A stretch of DNA of 64,000 bases, taken from Macrostomum hystrix (lineage: Eukaryota; Animalia; Platyhelminthes). Made by a program: the position numbers and the translations under genes. This document shows, in pieces, positions 14,850-27,029 of the stretch (positions are counted from its first letter, which is position 1; each line of letters opens with the position of its first letter). The stretch is taken from positions 1,426,001-1,490,000 of the forward strand of contig CATNEN010000014.1 in the NCBI GenBank assembly GCA_950097015.1, read 5' to 3'. Below the pieces are notes generated by a model. That model made no database searches. It saw nothing but the letters and a program-made list of their open reading frames with translations, and was not told the DNA's origin.

Positions 14850-14933
14850 TACCTAGGGAAATAAATGAAAATATGCGTCACATAGACACTCGCCCGGTGC
14901 AAAAGGGGGATACATAAGGTTAGCTGCAACTAA

Positions 14934-17764
14934 TGTGTTAAGGGGACTACAAGTACATGAAAACGTAAGACGAAGGCGAAGGCCCAAAAGAGGCGAAGAA
15001 TTGGAGGATTATAATCCGACAGGTTCGGGGTGGCACGAATGACACAAACATTGGAAGATGAATTCTGACATTTTTTTCCGGGGGGGTGGAGGACAACAGG
15101 CAAAACTGAGTTCACGACGAAAAGTAGTTGGCTAGCACGGTGGTCGGATGAAATTCGGAAGCGGTAAAAGCTTTAAACATAGTCAATTGGGCAATTTATT
15201 CGTCACAGTAGTAAAATTGATAGGCATTAGTCACATGTCACAGATGCCATCGCGAATCACCTGGCGGCGAAAGGCGCGAAGATCTCTGGCAGAGAGGCCG
15301 TCGGCGGTGCCGGCCGCTTCGGTGGTGCTAGCCGACGAGCCGGCGGACGAACCGGCTGATAAGCCGGCGGATGAGCTGGTGGACGAGCCTGTGGACGAGC
15401 CTGTGGACGAGCCGGGTAGACCCGCCGCCAGAACGATGCGCTGTGCAGCGCCGGCGTCGCACTCGAGCGGAACGAGGTGGGCAACGGATCGGCAGACCTC
15501 GTGGCCTGAAGTTGTGCGGATGGTGACGTACCGGATGATGCCAGCGGGATCCGGGTGCAGTTGGAGGATGCGGCACAGCTTTCATGTCGCTCTGGGCGTC
15601 GGTTCGGCAAGGAGGCAGCCCTGGTCGAGGTGGAACTCACTGGCGTTCTGGCGGTGGCGGCGCCGCTCTTGAAGATGGACAGAACGGAGGTGATTGAGGT
15701 ACTCTTGGTTCCACCGGTCCCAGAACGCGTTGAGGATGGCGTCGCGGCGGCGATGAAGAGCTCGAAGATGGTCCGCTGCGGAGGTGCCGGCTGGCAGAAA
15801 GGTGTCGTCGTTGACTCGAAGGAGCAGGTGAGGGCCAACCCCGAGGAGATGAGCCGAAGTCAGCGGTGATGGATCTGCCGGGTCGTTGGAGACGGTTGTC
15901 AGTGGCCGGCAGTTTAGTATGGCCTCGATCTTGACGAGGAGAGTGTGCAGCTCTTCATCGGATATATGCTTGCGCCAGAGGGCAGGACGAAGGCTGGACT
16001 TGGTGAGGGCGACGAGCCGCTCGACTGCCCCTTGGTGCCAGGGAGCTCGGACTGGCTCGAACTTAAACACGAGGGGTCGTGCTGCAGCCAGCGGCTGAAG
16101 GTCGGCATGAAGCTTTTCTGGAAGGCGGTGGCGATGCCATATGAAGCTTTTTCTGGAAGGCGGTACTTGCCGGCGGCTTGGAAGACGGTGGCCTGGTCGA
16201 GGTAGACAGCACATTTGGTGAGACCGCGGCGGTACCAGAAGCGCTCGAAGGCATGGAGTACAGCATCGGCGGAGTAGTCGTACAGGGTCTCGATGTGAAG
16301 AGCTCTTGTCGTGCAGCAAGTGACGAGCAGGACCCAGCGCTTGGTGGAGAGTCGAAGCTTGCGGTCGTAGGTGAAGACGGGCCCGAGCTGGTCGACGAGC
16401 ACGGAGGCGAAGGGACCAGCTTCAGCATCGAGTCGCTCCTTGGGTAGCTGGCCATGTCCTGGTGGTGCACGGGTTGAGCCTTTGGCGAGGCGGCACTGGA
16501 TTCAGCTTGAGAGTGCTTCACGGACTGTCGGTAGGCCTTTCGGCACCCAGTATTTGTCGCGGAGCATTGCGAGGACGGTTGAGGCACCAGCGTGGCTGCT
16601 TTGACGGTGGAGGAGCAGGGCAAGCAGCCGGGTCAGGCAGAGGCCAGGTGGCAGCAGGAGCGGGTACTTGGAGTCTTCGTCCATAAAAGCGTAGGCAAAG
16701 CGACTACCCAAGCGGATGAGGCCGTCACAGAGATGAAGGTCCAGCTGGGCAATGATCTTCTCGGATTTAGGTCGGCCGGACTCGAGGGCTCGGATGACAG
16801 CACCGTAGCACTCAGTCTGGGCTGATCGAATCCAAAGAAGCAAGGCCGCCTGACGCTCAGCATGGGAAGGCGGGAAGTCCTTTGAGAATGGCCGGCGCAG
16901 CATGAAGGCCTTCAGACGGAGGAAGTAGCAGGTGACACCAAGAATGCGTTCTAGCCGGTCGGAGCGTCTGAGGCTCAGGTGGCCAGGTGTCGTGTGGGTG
17001 GTGGATCCCGCAGCGAGTAGAGTGGCGACGGATGCTGTAGCCGTCTTACTGGTCGGAACGCCGTCCAGAAGACGAGGATCAGGCATTGCAGCGGTCCAGG
17101 AAGGCCACTCGGTGAATGGCTCCTTGAGGAAGGCAGGTCCCTCGTAGTAGTTGGACTGTTGCAGTTGAGCAAAGCTGAGCGGCTTTGTGCAGTTCGGCTG
17201 TGGGCACGTAGCGGTAGTCACGGGTGACGTCGGAGTCGAGGATCTGCTGAACGCGACGTGACTCGTTGGCACAGAGCTTTTTCCCGTTGGCAAGCCAGTA
17301 GAGCAAGATTTGGCTGTCGATAAAATGAGTGACCCCTTCGAACTTAAGGTGGTTTCGCAGAGCATCGAGAATGAAAGATGCGGCGCGGGTGGCGATGAGG
17401 GCGGACCAGAGCTCGAGGCGTGGGACGGTGACGAGCAGGCTTTTCCTAGCTGTAGGGGCAAGGCGGGTCTTGGCAAAGACGAGGCGGCAGGTGATGTTAG
17501 AGCCAAGGCACTGCCAGATATAGATGGTGAACCCGTAGGCGCCTGGGGCACCGTCAGAAAAGACAACGAGGCGGACCGGTTGGTCAGCATCCTGGAGAGC
17601 GAAGCGTGGGACAGTGATCTCGTCGAGGCGGAGGAGGTCGGGCAAAAGCTTGGCCCATGCCGCACGGACCTCGGGACGGACGGCTTCATTCCAGGAGTCT
17701 GAGGCTTGGAAGCTCTGGCGATAGAGGAGGCGGGCGCCGAGGATGAGCGGAGTGGCGTAGCCAA
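14934..17764 (-). mobile_element. pol: BEL/Pao LTR retrotransposon 3' fragment (RNase H-integrase, frameshifted), possible short 3' LTR ~14934-15070
   Basis: Pao RNase H (VVFSDGA.GAYG, LVFAKTRLAP, PRLELWSA), H2C2 zinc finger (HRQSSHAG...KYWVP...C..C) and integrase (APWHQGAVERLV, EAILNCRPLT, FWDRWNQEY). A purine run (GGAAAAAAA on the minus strand) precedes a TG at 15070; the LTR limits are tentative. Confidence 0.88.
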
Positions 17765-17979
17765 CCGGGTCGAAAGAAGTCAGAAGATTCAGAAGAATCT
17801 GAATCGCAGCGAGACGATCGACTAAGCGGAATAGGTTAGGCTAGGCTAGGCGAAGTGTCCCTGGTTCGACTCTGCACTGCGTTAAATCATTTAAATTAAT
17901 TGTTAGTCAGTAGTGATGGATGCGAAGCAATAAATTTTTATTTATTTTGAAAATAAAGGGAAAACTTTTAATTCACTTT

Positions 17980-18180
17980 TGCATAGCCAAACCAGTGTCT
18001 GAATCATTGCTAAACCAGAGTCTGAATCATGGCTAAACCAGAGTTTGAATCATGGCTAAACCAGAGTTTGAATCATGGCTAAACCAGAGTCTGAATCATG
18101 GCTAAACCAGAGTTTGAATCATGGCTAAACTAGAGTCTGAATCATGGCTAAACCAGAGTCTGAATCATGGCAAAACCAGA
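17980..18180. repeat. Short array of the 23-bp satellite monomer
   Basis: Same GAATCATGGCTAAACCAGAGTTT unit as 1-13113. Confidence 0.95.
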
Positions 18181-18845
18181 GTTGGTTCTTTGCTGCTGAC
18201 GGAACATCGGTTCTCTGCTGCTGGGGGGAAATTAGTTCTCTGCTGCTGGGGGGACACTGGTTCTCTGCTACTGGGGGGGGGAATTAGTTCACTGCTGCTG
18301 GGGGGGGAATTAGTTCTCTGCTGCTGAGGGGGGAATTAGTTCTTTGCTGCTGAGGGGGGAATTAGTTCTCTGCTGCTGAGGGGGGAATTAGTTCTCTGCT
18401 GCTGAGGGGGGAATTAGTTCTCTGCTGCTGGGGGGGGGGAATTAGTTCTCTGCTGCTGGGGGGCAATTAGTTCTCTGCTGCTGAGGGGGGAATTAGTTCC
18501 CTGCTGCTGAGGGGGGAATTAGTTCTCTGCTGCTAGGGGGACACTGGTTCTCTGCTACTGGGGGGGAGAATTAGTTCTCTGCTGCTGGGGGGGAATTAGT
18601 TCTCTGCTGCTGAGGGGGGAATTAGTTCTCTGCTGCTGAGAGAAGAATTAGTTCTCTGCTGCTGGGGGGGAATTAGTTCTCTGCTGCTGGGGGGGAATTA
18701 GTTCTCTGCTGCTGGGGGGGACACTGGTTCTCTGCTACTGGGGGGGGAATTAGTTCTCTGCTGCTGGGGGGACACTGGTTCTCTGCTACTGGGGGGGAAT
18801 TAGTTCTCTGCTGCTGGGGGGAATTAGTTCTCTGCTGCTGAGAGA
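18181..18845. repeat. G-run minisatellite, ~23-25 bp unit GGGGGGAATTAGTTCTCTGCTGCT
   Basis: Direct tandem periodicity with variable-length G tract. Confidence 0.95.
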
Positions 18846-19035
18846 GGAATCATCATCAACTGGGTGATCATCATTTACTGGGGGATCATTGTCAACTGGG
18901 GGAACATTGTCAACTGGGGGATCATTGTCAACTGGGGGATCATTGTCAACTGGGGGATCATTGTCAACTGGGGGATTATTGTCAACTGGGGGAGCATTGT
19001 CAACTGGGGGATCATTGTCAAGTAGTAGATCATTG
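18846..19035. repeat. 18-bp minisatellite GGGGGATCATTGTCAACT
   Basis: Tandem units; the same unit occurs at 39865-40620 and 59668-59706. Confidence 0.95.
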
Positions 19036-19128
19036 TAACTTTAAAAAAGCTGAAAATACAGCTGCTAAAAAGTATATACTAGACGAATTAAAAATATTTC
19101 TGCTCCCCGAAGGGGGAAAAACTTGTAG

Positions 19129-19932
19129 TTAACTCAAAAGTAAAAAACGCTATTGTTTTTTGTAAAATGGCACAACTTCTGGCTCTAGATTTCGTTAGAT
19201 CAGTCGTATAGACGTGAAAGTGATGTTCAAATGAGCGTCTAAGTGTCTACTTTCCAAATACGTGCCACTAAGACTGTTATATATATGCATGTGTCGCTAA
19301 TGCAAAATAACTCGTGTCTTGATGCTAAAATGATGCTAAAGAGGAAGTTTCTATTGCGAATTGCATACTAATATGCGGATGTCGCAGTTCATGCTAACAA
19401 CTTCTGAAACTCAGCGGTGTCTGCCTGTGTTGAGAGTGGCCCAGGTTCGAGTCATACTCGTACTTCTTATTTATATATGTACTTTTAATAAACTTTATTA
19501 TAAATAAATTTATTTATTTTGAAAAGATTTTACACTCGTATTTTTATAACTCCGTTTGCAGTATCTAAAACAACTATGTCATAGTGTATACTATACTATA
19601 TCATAATATACTATATAATTTGCTCAAATAATGCCTTACTGAGGTACATATTTTTCTTAACGTGACGTTGTCACTTCCTGCAGTAGGCGCTATGAAATTT
19701 AAATTAATGTAACGCTGTCCCATTTTTTGCAATTCCGTTTACTTCTTAGATTGCTACTGGAAGTAGACGTCAACGTACATTGAGTCCCTTGCGCCACCCG
19801 TGATGATTACTTTCTTCTCAGCCAATCGCTCATGCCAATCGTCCACGCTCATGTGCAAAGTTCAACTGGCTGTTCATTTTCTAGCCAATCCCCCACTGCA
19901 GATAAATTTTGTTAAAATTTGCGCTGGCCTAT
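19129..19932 (+). repeat. Dispersed repeat (~800 bp), inverted partner of 51340-52150
   Basis: For example CAGTCGTATAGACGTGAAAGTGATG (19201) vs CATCACTTTCACGTCTATACGACTG (52051); colinear along its whole length. Confidence 0.9.
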
Positions 19933-20325
19933 AATTTAAAGGCAAGGCATATTTCTTCAACCTTTCTTCAAGCCTTACTGGAAGCATTTGACATTCAATA
20001 TTTCAACATAAAAAAATATGTTGAGACTTCGTTCAATACTGTGGATCGGAATACTGTCTGCAAGTTAGTCAAGTCGTTCTCATTATTCTTCCATTTTCCA
20101 TTTTGAAATTAAGCTTTCATAAATTAAGCTTGCTAGCACGAAATTCAACATTTTAGTTTGCATCGCTGGAACCAACGCCATCAAGTGCTGGTCCTGCCAA
20201 CATTGCCTAAGAGCTGACCTTGACCGTAGAACCGGCACACTGGAAGGACTTTACTGCGTTGTGAGTCATGTATCACGAACCTAAAAACATGTGCTGCAGT
20301 GGACAAAAGCGCTATCTCATTCCAG

Positions 20326-20778
20326 TAGCTTTGCAGCCCTGAAGACTCTCAGTCCATAGCTTTGCAGCCCTGAAGACTCTCAGTCCATAGCTTTGCAGCC
20401 CTGAAGACTCTCATTCCAGTAGCTTTGCAGCCCTGAAGACTCTCAGTCCATAGCTTTGCAGTCCTGAAGACTCTCAGTCCATAGCTTTGCAGTCCTGAAG
20501 ACTCTCAGTCCATAGCTTTGCAGTCCTGAGGACTCTCAGTCCATAGCTTTGCAGCCCTGAAGACTCTCAGTCCATAGCTTTGCAGCCCTGAAGACTCTCA
20601 GTCCATAGCTTTGCAGTCCTGAAGACTCTCAGTCCATAGCTTTGCAGTCCTGAAGACTCTCAGTCCATAGCTTTGCAGCCCTGAAGACTCTCAGTCCATA
20701 GCTTTGCAGCCCTGAAGACCCTCAGTCCAGTAGGTTTGCGGTCCTGAAGAATCTCAGTTAAGTAGCTTCGCAGTCCTG
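20326..20778. repeat. 31-bp minisatellite TAGCTTTGCAGCCCTGAAGACTCTCAGTCCA (~14 copies)
   Basis: Period of 31 (20326, 20357, ...). Confidence 0.95.
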
Positions 20779-21584
20779 TCATTAGGATTCAAAAAAACAC
20801 AAAAAAACTAAACTTTTCATTATCTGGGGCTGAGGGAGAGATTTGTTCGCACGTTTGCCTCTCACACCAAGGTCCCTTGTGCTGGAATCTTTGGGAGGCC
20901 ATGCACATAGACTTGAGTCTGCCACCAAATGATATGATTTCTAATCCTTAAGTCTTCAAAAAAAACAGAAAGCGATTTTTAGAGGAAAAGTCGGTCGAAC
21001 CGCTGCTCACGTTTGCAAGCAGGAAAAGAATTATTACTGCTGCCAATCTGACCTGTGCAACACCGGCCATCAAGTGTCTGGTGCTCTGTTCCTTTTGATA
21101 GCTTCGGTTGTCCTGACCATCCTGCAGCAGTTTGTCAGCAGCTGGAGCCTGTAAAGCAATGTCCCATGGATGATTTTCTAGTTTCCGGGCTTCGATTTTA
21201 TTATACTCGTACAAATATCCGCGTGTTCTGTGCAGCCTAAAAAGAATGACTAAAACACCACAGTGCTTATGGAGTATAATCACGAATAAGATGAAACTGT
21301 TAAAAATGTTTGTTTTTGTAAGTCTAGCAAATTTAAGCCCATTTTTACTCTACAGCCCCGCAATTGTAATAGTTTTTTGTGTGCAATAAAAAACTTAGCA
21401 AACACTTAGCAAACACTAATTTTTTCCGACGTGTAAGTGTACCGGCAAATACAATTGAAATGGACAAATACTAATAGATTTCACGAGCAAAGGATTAAAG
21501 CGTTGCTAAAGTTAAATACGGCTCATAATTATTTTCCTGGCGAAACCGATAAGTACGCTCGTAGTAGCGAACGCTATGAAGCAG

Positions 21585-21862
21585 GTGAGTGCTGGTAGAG
21601 CGGTTAAAGTGTTTGCCTCTCGCACCAAGGTCCCTGAGCTCGATTCCGCAGCGAGGCCGCATTATTTTCAGACGCAGCCGCAAACAGAGGGCTTGGGGGG
21701 CTTGTCGTGCAATTTATGCCCTTGAGGACAAACCTCCAAGGCCTGACGATGAGAAAATCAGTGCTGATGTTCACACCTGTGAGAGCGTATTTGCCAACTT
21801 ACGGTATTTGTGTGCGTGTGTGCTCAGGAGTCAGCAAATAATTTGCCATACCCGCAGCCCTC
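21585..21862 (+). mobile_element. tRNA-derived SINE (tRNA-Val-like head)
   Basis: A-box-like GGTAGAGCGGTT, then GTTTGCCTCTCGCACCAAGGTCCC and B-box-like G.TCGATTCC, resembling tRNA-Val GGTTATCACGTTCGCCT...AGGTCCCCGGTTCGA. The body is shared with 55877-56235 (minus) and 60343-60450. Confidence 0.7.
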
Positions 21863-22083
21863 CTTTAGTTATAAATTATACCTGGTGACCAAAGCTAAGT
21901 TCACACAGCCTCCTCTAGTCTCCTTTCTTCGACCTTGCTGGGATTATTACCTGGCGGTTCAGTAATTCGTACTGATTGTTTTCTATTCTACCATTCTGCC
22001 ACTCAGCGGACGGGATCATTTAGAGTACATGCTGTCTAGTTTTTACCTACGCGAAAGGCGTTAGGTGTTGGTTTCTTACCATA

Positions 22084-22799
22084 AAACTGGGTACTTGGGA
22101 TCGGAACCTTATAGAGAGAATCAATTTTAGAATCTGCAAGTCGATTCTGCAAGTTAGTCCAAACACTGACAGCAATGGTGCCCGGTCCGAATTAGGAAGA
22201 CTACCACTATTATATAGTATTCAAAAAAGAAGCCTTCAATACTGGTCCTCAGTTCGGAGCCGACCAGACTCCATCGTCGCGAAATTGGTGGCAGATACAG
22301 AATACAGCGATGTTGGCATTGGGGAAAAATGAATAGTAAAGTAATTCGGAATTGTCAACAGACTAGAAAAACAAAGTCCATCAAAACGCACAGGGAGAAC
22401 TTTGAGTCAGAGTTCCGAAGGCACTGGACTCAGAGGATGGAAAATCAGCCAAGCTCAGCCACTTCTATTATGCGTTTAAGGAAGATTTCTCCCGAGAAAT
22501 GTACCTAACAATAATCTCTAACCCAGAACAAAGGCGCACAATTTCCTGATTTCGTCTAGAAAACCACAAACTGGCCTGTGAGACATTGTGCACTGTAAGA
22601 CCGAAAATCGCCTATGAAAACAGAACATGTCAAAAATGTAGAGTCGAGGTAGAGAACGAAACTCATATTCTCTTTAGATGCGGTTGGTCCGTTAATGTTC
22701 CAATTAAAAATAAATTATAGATACTGTTCGAAATTTCGAAAGCCTAACAGCTGATGACAAAATTGTACATTTAATAACACAGGAAAGCACAGAATTAAC
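22084..22799 (+). repeat. Left arm of a near-perfect inverted duplication of the LINE 3' region
   Basis: Reverse complement of 24245-24972, differing by a few substitutions and one 12-bp deletion. Confidence 0.95.
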
Positions 22800-22877
22800 T
22801 GTGACGTTGTCACTTGGCTTCACTTGGTTTCTCGCTTTTAAGTTTCTGTTAATTAAGTTTTTCTATTGTTACTGTCA

Positions 22878-23236
22878 AGTAGTATGCAAAGGGGGCTTTC
22901 TGGTGCAAAAATTATCGAAGCCTCAACAAATGTACAAACCATTACCTTTATTCTTCCCGTAGAGATCAGGAAAAAAGAGTCCCCGCCTTTTTTGTGAGTT
23001 GCATATCTGGGACAAAAAATTATCGCAGCCGCCATAATCAACAAACTATTCCCTAAGAGATCCGGAACTGAACCTACAAAAGGCGTGCCAAATCCATAAA
23101 ACTAACTCCCAGATTCCCAATCCCAAATCTCAAGATCCCAAACCTAGGGTGCTCATCCTCCGAAAAAAAATTATATTTTCATTAAAAATGCTCTCTCTAG
23201 ATTAAAATAGCCATGAGCCTAATTACAAGAGTAAGT
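22878..23236 (+). mobile_element. Short fragment homologous to the left end of the Polinton-like element, starting AGTAGT
   Basis: Colinear but diverged match to 25457-25985 (TTATCGCAGCC, CCCTAAGAGATC, CTCAAGATCCCAAACCTAGGGTGCTCATCCTC, CATGAGCCTAATTACAAGAGTAA). Confidence 0.7.
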
Positions 23237-24139
23237 AGATGCGATTGGTCCGTTAATGTTCCAATTAGAAATAAATTCATAGAGAAAGTGGCAGGTACTG
23301 TTCGAAATTTCGAAAGCCAAACAGCTGATGACAAAACTGTGTATTTAATGACACAGGAAAGCACAGACTTGCGACCATGTTCGGCCCTGACCTTAGCCAT
23401 TGTGTTGTATACCCTTTCTCCCCCGTTCGATGTGCTTACCCGTCGCTCGCCTTTTTGTTGGTACCCTTTCTTTTTTTGGAAGAGGCGAGTGTGACGTTGT
23501 CCCTTGGCTTCACTTGGTTTCTCGCTTTAAAGTTTCTGGTAATTAAGTTTTTCTATTGTTACTGTCAGTAGACGTCAACGTACATCGTGCAGCCCTAAGA
23601 TGTTTTCGCAAATGTATCAATGTTTTTTCCCTCAGCCAATGAGCGTGCGAGCTCTGTGTTGTTCAATTTATCGATCGCCCTTGTTTTCAGTCGGCCCAGC
23701 CTATGAAACTAGGGCCCCTGGGCCCGCTCGCGTTCCACCACCTCTCCGCTCGCGCTCCACCTGCCTTTGTCCACCGCGCTCTCCTTTTCAAACCGGCCCC
23801 TCCTCACCTCCGTTGCTATTATCGTCGCTGTCACTTCACTGTTACTTTCACAATGCCTTTGTACTGACTCCTCCGCCGTGTTACTTCACTTCTGTCATTA
23901 TTATTATTATTATTACGAGTATTATTATTGAGGTGCGCACGCCGATTGGGTGCTGATTTTTTTGTTTATTTTATGTTTGAGGTTAAACAAATCGATTTTT
24001 TAAAGAGAAGGCGATAGGAAAACAATAGCATGCGTAATTTTAGGTTAATAAAAGAAAAAAAACAAATTTTTGAAATAAACAAAGGCATTAAAACAAAAAA
24101 TGATATATTAAAATTTAAAGAGAAAATTAAAACTGACCG

Positions 24140-25450
24140 AAAGGAGAATAGCTATTGTGTTTTCGCATTCTAACTATGGGCCTCAGGGCAGTGGCTTTTT
24201 ATCTAGCTTTAATTATGCTTTCTATGAAGTCCACAAAACTTTCTGTTAATTCTGTGCTTTCCTGTGTTATTAAATGCACAACTTTGTCATCAGCTGTTAG
24301 GCTTTCGAAATTTCGAACAGTATCTGCCACTTTCTCTATGAATTTATTTCTAATTGGAACATTAACGGACCAATCGCATCTAAAGAGAATATGAGTTTCG
24401 TTCTCTACCTCGACTCTACATTTTGGACATGTTCTGTTTTCATAGGCGATTTTCGGTCTTACAGTGCACAATGTCTCACAGGCCAGTTTGTGGTTTTCTA
24501 GACGAAATCGGGACATTGTGCGCCTTTGTTCTGGGTTAGAGATTATTGTTAGGTACTTTTCTCGGGAGAAATCTTCCTTAAACGCATAATAGAAGTGGCT
24601 GAGCTTGGCTGATTTTCCATCCTCTGAGTCCAGTGCCTTCGGAACTCTGACTCAAAGTTCTCCCTGTGCGTTTTGATGGACTTTGTTTTTCTAGTCTGTT
24701 GACAATTCCGAATTACTTTACTATTCATTTTTCCCAATGCCAACATCGCTGTATTCTGTATCTGCCACCAATTTCGCGATGATGGAGTCTGGTCGGCTCC
24801 GAACTGAGGACCAGTATTGAAGGCTTCTTTTTTGAATACTATATAATAGTGGTAGTCTTCCTAATTCGGACCGGGCACCATTGCTGTCAGTGTTTGGACT
24901 AACTTGCAGAATCGACTTGCAGATTCTAAAATTAATTCTCTCTATAAGGTTCCGATCCCAAGTACCCAGTTTCCAGGAGACAAAAGCTCCCCAGGCCTCT
25001 GATGTATAGAGAACTTATAGCGAACAAGATGAGCTGTTAGTGTTTTGCTCTCTGAAATCCTGCCAACTTTCTCAGAAGCATTATTGGATGTCCACTTTTT
25101 TACCTAGTTCTATGGCATGAGTATCTATTGTTCCCTTCACGTTCATGTGAAACCAAAGATATTTCCACTGTCGTACGGGTTCAACAAGTTGCCATGTAAA
25201 AACAGTCTATGTGTTGCCCTTGAGTGGAGGTTGCAGCTCAGAAGCTTTGTATTCTGAATGTTTATTTCTAATTTATGAGTATTGCAAAAGTCTGCTACAT
25301 TGTAGAGGCCTTTTTGTAATTCTGTCAGGTCCTCACCAAAAATGACTAAATCGTCCCAATAAAGCAGGTAATTGTTTAATTCTTCATTTAATATAGAGGT
25401 ATGGCTTTGAAATGAGTATTTTAGAATTGTTCTTAGCGGGGTATAGGGAG
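24140..25450 (-). pseudogene. Non-LTR retrotransposon (CR1/L2-like) ORF2 3' fragment: RT core end plus C-terminal zinc-knuckle region
   Basis: Minus strand reads LLYWDDLVIFGEDLTELQKGLYNVADFCNTHKLEINIQNTK (degenerate YADD motif, ~25250-25370) and RFRLENHKLACET...RTCPKCRVEVENETHILFRC (24199-24516). Confidence 0.8.
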
Positions 25451-25921
25451 AATATCAGTGGAGATAGGGGGCTTCTAGAACAAAAATACTCGCAGCCTCC
25501 ATTATCCACAAACCATTACTTTTATTATTCCCGAAGAGATCAGGAAAAAAGGGTCCCCGCCTCTCTCTAAAAAACTCCGTCTCCATATTCTAAATTCTCT
25601 ACTTTTAATATTCCACAACAGTTTCTGAGTTGCATATCTAGGACAAAAATTATCGCAGCCTCCTTAATGCACAAACCATTACCTTTATTCTTCCCGAAGG
25701 AAAAAGGTTCCCCGCCAAAATAAATCTGTCTCTACTTTCCAGTTTGTAAACTTGGACAAAAAAAATTATCGCAGCCACTCCCTAAGAGATCATGCTCAAA
25801 ATAGCGAAGCTGCAAAAGGCGTGATAAGACAATCAAATTAGCACTAAAATCCCAATCCCCAAACTCAAGATCCCAAACCTAGGGTGCTCATCCTCCAAAA
25901 AAAATTATATTCTCATTAAAA

Positions 25922-26173
25922 ATGCTCCCAATCGTCTCTCCAGGATCTTATTACAAAAGTCATGAGCCTAATTACAAGAGTAAATACCGATGCAAACAAG
26001 AATGCAGCGAGTACATGAGAAAATATTGGCCCGGCGTGGATATCAATGTCCCTAATATTAATCAAGCTCTCCAAAGTCACTGGTTTCATAAGTATGGAGT
26101 AACCTACGTAAAGGACTATGACAGCTACTATAACTTTGCAGAAATCATTAGGCAGCTCACATTCTCTCAATGA
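25922..26173 (+). CDS. Small viral ORF of unknown function (83 aa, Tyr-rich)
   Basis: ATG in the same TTAAAAATG context as other viral genes; its stop overlaps the penton stop convergently. Confidence 0.4.
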   Translation: MLPIVSPGSYYKSHEPNYKSKYRCKQECSEYMRKYWPGVDINVPNINQALQSHWFHKYGVTYVKDYDSYYNFAEIIRQLTFSQ

Positions 26174-27014
26174 TCAACGTCAATACAAACTCTTCACCGA
26201 TGAAATCAACGCCAACACCATCTTCCGTCTCAAACTGCAGCACAATCTCGTGAATCTCCTTATTACTTAGCACAACTCTTTTCACTGGATTTGGTTTCTC
26301 TACCAGCATCTGTCCTCCAGGAACAGAGTTTGAGATGTTGTACAAAATATTCGTTCGCTTTCCCTTAAACACCCAATCAAGACTGAGATTACTTCTAATT
26401 AGAATATTCAAACCCTTTACAATGTCTGCGATATTGGGTGCTAAGAACAAGCCGCTTAGCAGGGTCCTCGAAACTGCCTCCGGTGATGCAGTCTGTGCTT
26501 CCGCCTTATAAACTTTCTTCTCGAATCCAAATTCCCTATACCATGTGTCATCTTTAAATTCAACCTCAGCATCTTTGTGAACTTGCATGACCACTCTCAT
26601 TACAGTGAGATCATAGGATAGTTTGACAGGGAACAGTTTCTTCTCTGGCTTACTCGCATTGGGTGTCTCAAAATGGCCTCTTTTAGTAAAAACACTTTCT
26701 AGAAAGTAATTGTAGGTATCCACACTTCTCGTGCTCACAGGGAATACCACAGCTTCTGCTGCTGCACCTTTCCATTTGTAATGAAACTTATTATTTGCTG
26801 CTGTCACATTGGGAACGTTTGACCAACCAGTGAAGTCGTTAAGATATACATGGTAATTAGCACTTGGATCCAGGCGAATCGCCTGCTCTAATTTTTCAAC
26901 AAATATCCCGTTTGCGTCATTAATTCGCCCAGCTATTGTAATAGGAATGCTCTCCTTAGAGTGAGAAATAATATTATTTAGTCTTTCAGCAATCGCTTCT
27001 ATTTTTTCACCCAC
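26157..27014 (-). CDS. Minor capsid protein (penton, single jelly roll), Polinton/adintovirus type
   Basis: N-terminal IRLDPSANYHVYL.DF..WSNVPNVTAANNKFHY and C-terminal GQMLVEKPNP...IHEI.LQFETEDG.GVDFIGEEFVLTLIIER match the Polinton penton pattern. The ORF is open but starts with GTG. Confidence 0.82.
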   Translation of the reverse strand: MGEKIEAIAERLNNIISHSKESIPITIAGRINDANGIFVEKLEQAIRLDPSANYHVYLNDFTGWSNVPNVTAANNKFHYKWKGAAAEAVVFPVSTRSVDTYNYFLESVFTKRGHFETPNASKPEKKLFPVKLSYDLTVMRVVMQVHKDAEVEFKDDTWYREFGFEKKVYKAEAQTASPEAVSRTLLSGLFLAPNIADIVKGLNILIRSNLSLDWVFKGKRTNILYNISNSVPGGQMLVEKPNPVKRVVLSNKEIHEIVLQFETEDGVGVDFIGEEFVLTLIIERM

Positions 27015-27029
27015 GAAAAAAATATTTAA

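Larger units (their letters stand above)
17829..19128 (+). mobile_element. Non-autonomous Helitron, 5'-truncated copy carrying three minisatellite blocks
   Basis: Shares the leader GGAATAGGTTAGGCTAGGCTAGG...CTGCGT.AAATCATTT with 38605-38660 and the 3' terminus CAGCTGCTAAAAAGTATATACTAGACGAATTAAA...CTCCCCGAAGGGGG...ACTTG(C)TAG with 40645-40714 and 59730-59800. Confidence 0.8.

Noticed and set aside
13114-14892. CGAGTGTC / GACACTCG as TIRs of an element enclosing the Tc1
   Set aside because: Only 8 bp match and no TSD is evident.
25916-26170. 84-aa hydrophobic minus-strand ORF as a viral membrane protein
   Set aside because: It has a non-ATG start inside the penton 3' end and is fully antisense to an ORF with a better start context.
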